Source: the human T2T-CHM13v2.0 reference genome, Homo sapiens. Taken from it: a stretch of DNA of 64,000 nt. Position 1 is the stretch's first letter, and each line of letters begins with the position of its first letter. The stretch is taken from assembly GCF_009914755.1 (NCBI RefSeq), contig NC_060947.1. One strand, 5' to 3'. The notes beneath the pieces are model-generated. The model did not search any database. It saw nothing but the letters and a program-made list of their open reading frames with translations, and was not told the origin of the DNA. This document shows, one piece after another, positions 56,027 through 64,000 of the stretch. Both the position numbers and the translations under genes were made by a program.

Positions 56027-56512
56027 CTGATGAGGATCTGGTAGAACAGTCCACAATTGAAGAGGAGAAAAATAAATATGAATAATGATTTTAAAAGTGG
56101 TTCAAAACAGAATGATTTGAATACCAAGTGATTAAAGAAAAGCCTTTGGGAACACTAATGAAGTCCTTGAATATTTTGGCAAAATCAGCCCTCTTAAAGA
56201 TCATGCTACAAATATCTCACAGGAAGTGAAACACACCATCTTGAAATATCATGCAATTTTGTTTGAAAAATTAGGCACAAAACAAAAGCCATGAATCTTT
56301 TATATATTTTTTGTTTTAAGAATTAGTGCATTGTTATATCTAGCACTCAATTTTATTAAATGAGACAAAATATGTATATTTTAATAGCTTTTAGTTATTC
56401 AAGCTAGCATCCTAATCAAACCCTACCCCTTCCACTATTACTCTAAAATTTTGGTCCCCCTTTTAAATAAATTCACTAATGGCCTTTTGTGCAGTACCAA
56501 CTGCCTTCAAGT
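55693..56512 (+). repeat. Dispersed 94-bp direct duplication (55693-55786 and 56419-56512)
   Basis: 92/94 identical by manual alignment. Confidence 0.95.
55989..56023 (+). repeat. Perfect (CA)n microsatellite
   Basis: About 17 CA units. Confidence 0.95.
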
Positions 56513-57089
56513 AATAAGAACCTCCTGTATAACTCTTTGTTTCCTCAGTGCCAGGCATACAGAAGGAGTTTAATAGATGTTCGTTAATTGATTGATTGTG
56601 AAAGCCTCCCCTGCCTCCAGTCTCAGTTCCCTCCAATCCAACCAGTACATTTTCAGCCCTCCCTAAAATTCTTTAGTAAATTCCCATCAAGCACAGAAAA
56701 AAGTCCAATTCCTCAGCATAGCTTATAAAACCTTTATAATCTGACCTTGTCCTATTTGCCCTCAGACTCTGGCCACATTTCACTACTTGTGGTTCTACAA
56801 ATGTTCTGTATTTTCTTGGTGCCAGAATTTCATTATTTCCTCTGCTTGGAATTTTCTATCCCCACCAATGGGAAAGCAAATTCCTATTCCTTCTTCTGGA
56901 CACCACACTACCTTGTATATAATGTTAACACTCTGACCACACTGCATTATAACTACTTCCTGCCTTGTTTCCAGCAGTTTTTATTATAAAAAGTTTTATT
57001 TATAAAAGTAATACAATCACGTTAGAGAAAATATAGGAAACAGAAAAGATGTGAGTATATTATATAAGTGTGTACATATAAAAATATAG

Positions 57090-57700
<611 letters not shown>

Positions 57701-57951
57701 ATATATATATGTATGTGTATATATACGTATATATACATATATATATATGTGTATCACATACCCAATATCACCATCCTCACAAAGCCACTGTTAACATTGT
57801 GTTTTATTTCCCTCTAAGATATTTTCATATGCATATATTCTTTACAGGACTCTAAGTGAATATATGAGGTTTAGCCAACTGCCCTTTAAAAACAAAATCA
57901 ACATTATAAGATAAGCATTTTTTCTATTTATGCAGTTGTACTAGCCACCCT

Positions 57952-58253
57952 ATTTATTTATTTATTTATTTTGAGATGGCATCTCCCTCTGTCGCCCAGG
58001 CTGGAGTGCAGTGGCATGATCTAGGCTCACTGCAGCCTCCTCCTCCCAGGTTCAAGTGATTCTCCTGCCTCAACTTCCTGGGTAGCTGGGATTACAGGCT
58101 CATGCCACCATGCCCAGCTAATGTTTTGTATTTTTAGTAGAGACGGGGTTTCACCATGTTGGCCAGGACAGTCTCGATCTCTTGACCTTGTGATCCGCCT
58201 GCCTCGGTCTCCCAAAGTGCTGGGATTACAGGTGTGAGCCACCGCGCCTGGCC
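57952..58253 (-). mobile_element. AluS (Sc-like)
   Basis: Reverse Alu with (TTTA)n tail; flanks tagccacc. Confidence 0.93.
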
Positions 58254-58522
58254 AATAGCCACCATTTTTAATGGTTTTATAATATCCCTTCAAGTGGATA
58301 TGTTGCAGTATACTACCTAACCCACTGTTGTTGAATATTTGGGTCTCCCTCCTGCCCCTTTTTTGGCTACTATAAGTAACAGAGAAAGTACCATCTTCAC
58401 AAACACATCTTTACCATATTTTGGGTCGGTTTACTTCCTTAGAATAGATTACCAAGAGTAATAGATGTTATCAAAGATCTTCCTTTGTTTGGCTCATATT
58501 GGTAGGAGGGAAAAATATATAT

Positions 58523-58803
58523 ACAATCCCTTGATATCTGTGGGTGATTGGTTCCAGGACCCCTGCAGATACCAAAATCCATGCACACTCAAATCCCACA
58601 GTTGGCCCCATGGAACCCGCAGATGATAAAAGTCAGCCCTCTGTATATGTGGGTTTTGCATTCGGTAAATACTGTATTTTGTATCTGTATTTGGTTGCAG
58701 ATGCAGAACCTGCTGATACGGAGGGCTGACTGTATTTATAGAAAAAAATCTGCATATAAATTAATCCCCACAGTTCAAACCTGTGTTGTTCAAGGGCTAA
58801 CTG
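58523..58803. mobile_element. MER2-like Tigger MITE
   Basis: ggtgattggttccaggacccc...ataccaaaatcc...gttcaaacctgtgttgttcaaggg. Confidence 0.82.
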
Positions 58804-59390
58804 CTAATATTTCAATTCCTCTATTTATTAGTGATACTAAATATTTTTTCATGCTTGTTTAATGTTTCCTCTTTTGTGAATTGTCTATTTGTGTTTTTTG
58901 TTCATTTATCTGAGTATTAGTGTTTAAAAAAATCAATTAGAACAGTTAGAGATTTTAACCCTTTGTTACATTTGCTGTAATTTTGGGGATTCTCTTTTTA
59001 TCTTGGTAAAATTTTAGCTACAAAATAATATCATATCATTACAGAAATTTTGAAAACTAGAGAAAAATATGTTTAAAAAATCATCAATAATTCTGCCTAC
59101 TAATATGGTGGCTAGGAGGCAGGACTAGCTTACAGCTCCTGCTCGGATGGACAGAGCAGCATGTGGAGACTCACATCATGAACTTTTGCTCCTAAAACTA
59201 CCCCAGGAACATACCAGGGAAGCCAAGAAAATCCACAGACCCTTTGAAGGAACTGGATCACTGCTGCAGGCTCCCTGAGATGCCAAACAACTGTAAGTTG
59301 GCTTGCTTTCTCAACAGGGAGGCTCATGGTCTGGGGCAAGTTCTCAGCCCTGGTCACTGGCTGCCTGGAAATAGACTCAGTGCTGTTTGG

Positions 59391-59456
59391 AGCGGGTAGG
59401 GCGGGGGGAGCGGGGAGGGCGGGGAGGGCGGGGAGCGCGGGGAGCGCGGGGAGCGA
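59391..59456 (+). repeat. GC-rich ~9-mer tandem repeat (GCGGGGAG[G/C])n in the L1 5'UTR
   Basis: Directly visible, about 7 units. Confidence 0.9.
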
Positions 59457-61853
59457 GGCACAGTGGGAGTGAGACCGGCCTCTAGGACTGCAGGCTGCAT
59501 GGGAGCGGGGTGAAGCCTGTGACTGCCGGCTTTCCCTCACTTTCCTGGAGACCTGTATGACTCAGCAGAGGCAGCCATAATCCCCCTGGGAATGTAACTC
59601 TACTGGACTGGGAACCACACCCCCGTCCCCCACAGCAGGCCCCACCCAAGGAGACTCTGAGCTCAGACACACACCTACCCCTGCCTCCACCTGGTGGTCT
59701 TTCTCTACCTGCCCCAATAGACAAAGACAAAGGTCATAATCTCTTGGGAGTTCTATGGCCCTGCCCGCTGCCTGAGAAACCTGAATACTTAAACAGGTGT
59801 CCCCAGGGCAAGTTTGCATCCTCCCTATAGGACCACAGCTGATGCGTTCTTGAAGGCGCCACCTCCTGGCTGGAGGCCAACCAACACAAAACCGGTGCAC
59901 TTAAGAAAAACACAACTAAGGACCCTCCACTTCACTCCCCTGCTACCTCCACTGGAGCAACTGCAAGACCTGAAGACAGATCACATCACAGCACTCTTTA
60001 CAGACACTCCCCAGTACCAGGCCAGAGCTGGGTAGCTCTGCTGGGTGGCTAGACTCAGAAGAGCAAAAACAATCGCTACAGTTTAGCTCTTAGGGAGCCC
60101 CATTCCTAGGGGAAGGAGGAGAACAACACATCAAAGGAGCACCCCGTGGGACAAAAGAGTCTGAACAGCAGCGCTTGAATCCCAGATCTTCCCTCAGATA
60201 CAGTCTACCCAAATGAGAAGGAACCAGAAACAGAATTCTGGTAATATGACAAAACGAGGTTATTTAACATCCCCAAAAGATCATACCAGCTCACCAGCAA
60301 TGGATCCAAACCAAGACAAAAATCCCTGAATTGCCAGAAAAAGAATTCAGAAGGTCGATTATTAAGCTAATCAAGGAGCCACCAGAGAAAGGTGAAGTCC
60401 AACTTAAAGAAATCAAAAACATGATAAAGGATATGAAAGGAAAATTATTCGGTGAAATGGAGAGCATAAATAAAAAACAATCACAACTTCTGGAAATTAA
60501 GGACACACTTAGAGAAATGCAAAATGCACTGGAAAGTCTCAGCAATATAATTGAACAAACAGAAGAAAGAACTTCAGAGCTCAAAGACAAGGCTTTTGAA
60601 TTAACCCAATCTGTCAAACACAAAGAGAAAAGAATTTTAACAAATGAACAAAGCCTCCAAGAAGTTTGGGACTATGTTAAATGTCCAAACCTAAGAATAA
60701 TTTGTGTTTCCAACGAAGAAGATAAATCTAAAAGTTTGGAAAACATATTTGAAGGGATAATTAAGGAAAACTTCCCCAGCCTTGCTAGAGAGCTCGACAT
60801 CCAAATACAAGAAGCTCAAAGAATACCTGGGAAATTCATTGCAAAATGATCATCACCTAGGCACATAGTCATCAGTTACCTAAAGTCAAGACGACGGAAA
60901 GAATCTTAAGAGCTGTGAGGCAAAAGCATGAGGTAACCTATAAAGGAAAACCTATCAGATTAACAGATTTCTCAGCAGAAACCTTACAAGCTGGAAGGGA
61001 TTGGGGTCCTATTTTTAGCCTCCTTAAACAAAACAATTATCAACCAAGAATTTTGTATCCACTGGAAACTAAGCTTCATAAATGAAGGAAAGATATGGTC
61101 TTTTCCAGGCAAAAAAAATGCTGAGAGAATTTGCCACTACAAAGCCAGCACTACAAGAATTGCTAAAAATAAGCATAAATCTTGAAACAAATCCTCAAAA
61201 TAAACTGAAATAGAAGCTCCTTAAAGCATAAATCTCACAGGACCTATATAACAACAATACAATTTATAAAAACCAAGATATTCAGGCAACAACTAGCATG
61301 ATGAATAGAATAGTACCTCAATCTCAATACTAACATTGAACGTAGCCTAAATGCTCCACTTAAAAGATACAGAATGGCAGAATGGATAAGAATTCACCAA
61401 CCGAGTTTCTGCTATCTTCAGGAGACTCACCTAACACATAAGGACTTACATAAACTGAAGGTAAAGGGGCAGAAAAAGATATTCCATGCAAATGGACACC
61501 AAAAGCAAGCAGGAGTAGCTATTCTTATATCAGACAAAACAAACTTTAAAGCAACAGCAGTTAGAAAAGACAAAGAGGGACATTATATAATGATAAAAGG
61601 ACTAGTCCAACAGGAAAATATCACAATTCTAAATATATATGCACCTAACACTGGAGCTCCCAACTTTATAAAACAATTACTATTAGACCTAAGAAATGAG
61701 ATAGACAGCAACACAATTATAGTGAGGGACTGTAATACTCCACTGACAGCACTAGACAGGTTATCCAGACAGGAAGTCAACAAAGAAACAATGGACTTAA
61801 ACTATACTCTCGAACAAATGGACTTAACAGAGATTTATAGAACATTCTACCCA

Positions 61854-62144
<291 letters not shown>

Positions 62145-63948
62145 CTACCCAACAACTGCAGAATATACATTCTATTCATCAGCACATGGAACATTCTCCA
62201 AGACAGACCATATGATAGGCCACAAAACAAGTCTCACTTAAGAAAATCTTTAACAAGCCTTGATTTTAAAAATCAAAATTATATCAAGTACTCTCTCAGA
62301 TCACAGTGGAATAAAATTAGAAATAAACTCCAAAAGGCACCCTCAAAACCATGCAAATACATGGCAATTAAATAACCTGCTTCTGAATGAACATTGGGTC
62401 AACAATGAAATCAAGACAAAAGTTAAAAAATTCTTTGAACAGAACGATAATAGTGACACAACCTATCAAAACCTCTAGGATACAGCAAAAGCAGTGCTAA
62501 GGGGAAATGCCCCTTAGCAAATGCATTGAATACCTACATTAAAAAGTCTGAAAGAGCACAAATAGACAATCTAAGGGCACACCTCATGAAACTGGAGAAA
62601 CAAGAACAATCCAAGCCCAAACCCAGCAGAAGAAAAGAAATAACCAAGATCAGAGCAGAACTAAATGAAACTGAAACAAACAAACAAAAAAATACAAAAG
62701 ATAAATGAAGCAAAACGCTGGTTCTTTTAAAATAAATAAAATTGATAGACAATTGGCAAGATGAACCAAGGAAAGAAGAGAGAAGATCCAAATAAGCTCA
62801 AGTAGAAATGAAATGGGAGATATTACAACTGATACCACAGAAATACCAAAGATTATTCAATGCTACTAAGAACACTTACGTGCACAAACTAGAAAACCTA
62901 AAGGAGATGGATAAATTCCTGGAAATATACAACCCTCCTACATTAAACCAGGAACATAAAGCATCTCTGAACAGACCAGTAACAAGCAGCGAGATTGAAA
63001 TGGTAACAACAACAACAAAAAATGCCAACAAAAAAGTGCACAGGACCAGACGAATTCACAGTTGAACTCTATCAGACATTCAAAGAAGAATTGATACCAA
63101 TCTTATTGACACTATTCCAAAAGTTAGAGGAAGAGGGAATCCTCCCTAAATCATTCTATGAAGCCAATATCACCCTAATACCAAAACTAGGGAAGGACAT
63201 AACAAAAAAAGAAAACTACAGACCAAAGTCCCTGATGAAGATGCAAAAATCTTCAACAAGATAATAGTGAACCAAATCCAACAGGATATCAAAAGATAAT
63301 TCACCATGATCAACTGGGTTCGATATTAGAGATGCAGGGATAGTTTAACATACACAAGTCAATAAGTGTGATATACCACATAAACAGAATTAAAAACAAA
63401 AATCGCATGATCATCTCAATAGATGCAGAAAAAGCATTTGACAAAATTCAGCATCGCTTTATGATTAAAACCCCGAGCAAAATTGGCATAGGAGGGACGT
63501 ACCTTAAGGTAATAAAAGGTAATAATCTACAACAAACCCACGGCCAACATTATACTGAACGGGCAAAAGTTGAAAGCATTCCCCCCAAGAACTGGAAGAA
63601 GAAAAGGATGCCCACTTTCACCACTTCTATTCAACATAGTACTGGAAGTCCTAGTCAGAGCAATCAGACAAGAGAAAGAAATAAAGGGCACCCAAATCGG
63701 TAAAGAGGAAGTCAAACTGTTGCTCTTTGTTGATGATATGATCATATACCTAGAAAACCCTGAAGACTCATCCAAATAGCTCCTAGAACTGGTAAATGAA
63801 TTCAGCAAAGTTTTAGGATACAAAATTAATATACATAAATCAATAGCTGTGCTATGCACCACAGCAACAAAGCTGATAATCAAATCAAGAACTCAACCCC
63901 TTTCACAATAGCTGCAGAAAAAATAAAATACTTAAGAATATACCTAGC

Positions 63949-64000
63949 TTCTCCCCCTCCCCCTCCCCCTCCCCCCCTCCCCCTCCCCACGGTCTCCCTC
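63949..64000 (+). mobile_element. 5' end of an SVA retrotransposon (hexamer region), cut by the window edge
   Basis: C-rich hexamers (CCCCCT)n followed by CCCCACGGTCTCCCTC, the characteristic SVA hexamer/Alu-like junction; interrupts L1 ORF2. Confidence 0.82.

Noticed and set aside
59130-59540. 136-aa ORF with (ALP)n repeat
   Set aside because: It is the antisense reading of the 9-mer minisatellite in the L1 5'UTR.

Overview
Primate genomic DNA, recognisable as human Xq13.1. The window holds one coding exon of HDAC8 on the minus strand (61-173, 113 nt, exon 5). The rest is the large upstream intron, which is dominated by interspersed repeats: an old two-LTR ERV1 (MER4-group-like) provirus with nested MaLR/L1/Alu insertions, L1PA/L1PB/L1M copies, many Alus, L2/MIR/CR1, hAT and Tigger fossils, and the 5' end of an SVA at the right edge. 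The most notable observation is at about 47.2-51.3 kb on the minus strand. Manual translation across frameshifts and stops gives, in canonical Ty3/Gypsy order, degraded gag, protease, reverse transcriptase, RNase H and integrase motifs resembling Sushi-type gypsy elements, the lineage from which the PEG10/RTL (SIRH/MART) genes derive. A second, displaced RT segment follows. MIR and MER5 copies interrupt the element, so it is very old. Repeat subfamily names are recalled by eye from consensus sequences, and many repeat boundaries are approximate.
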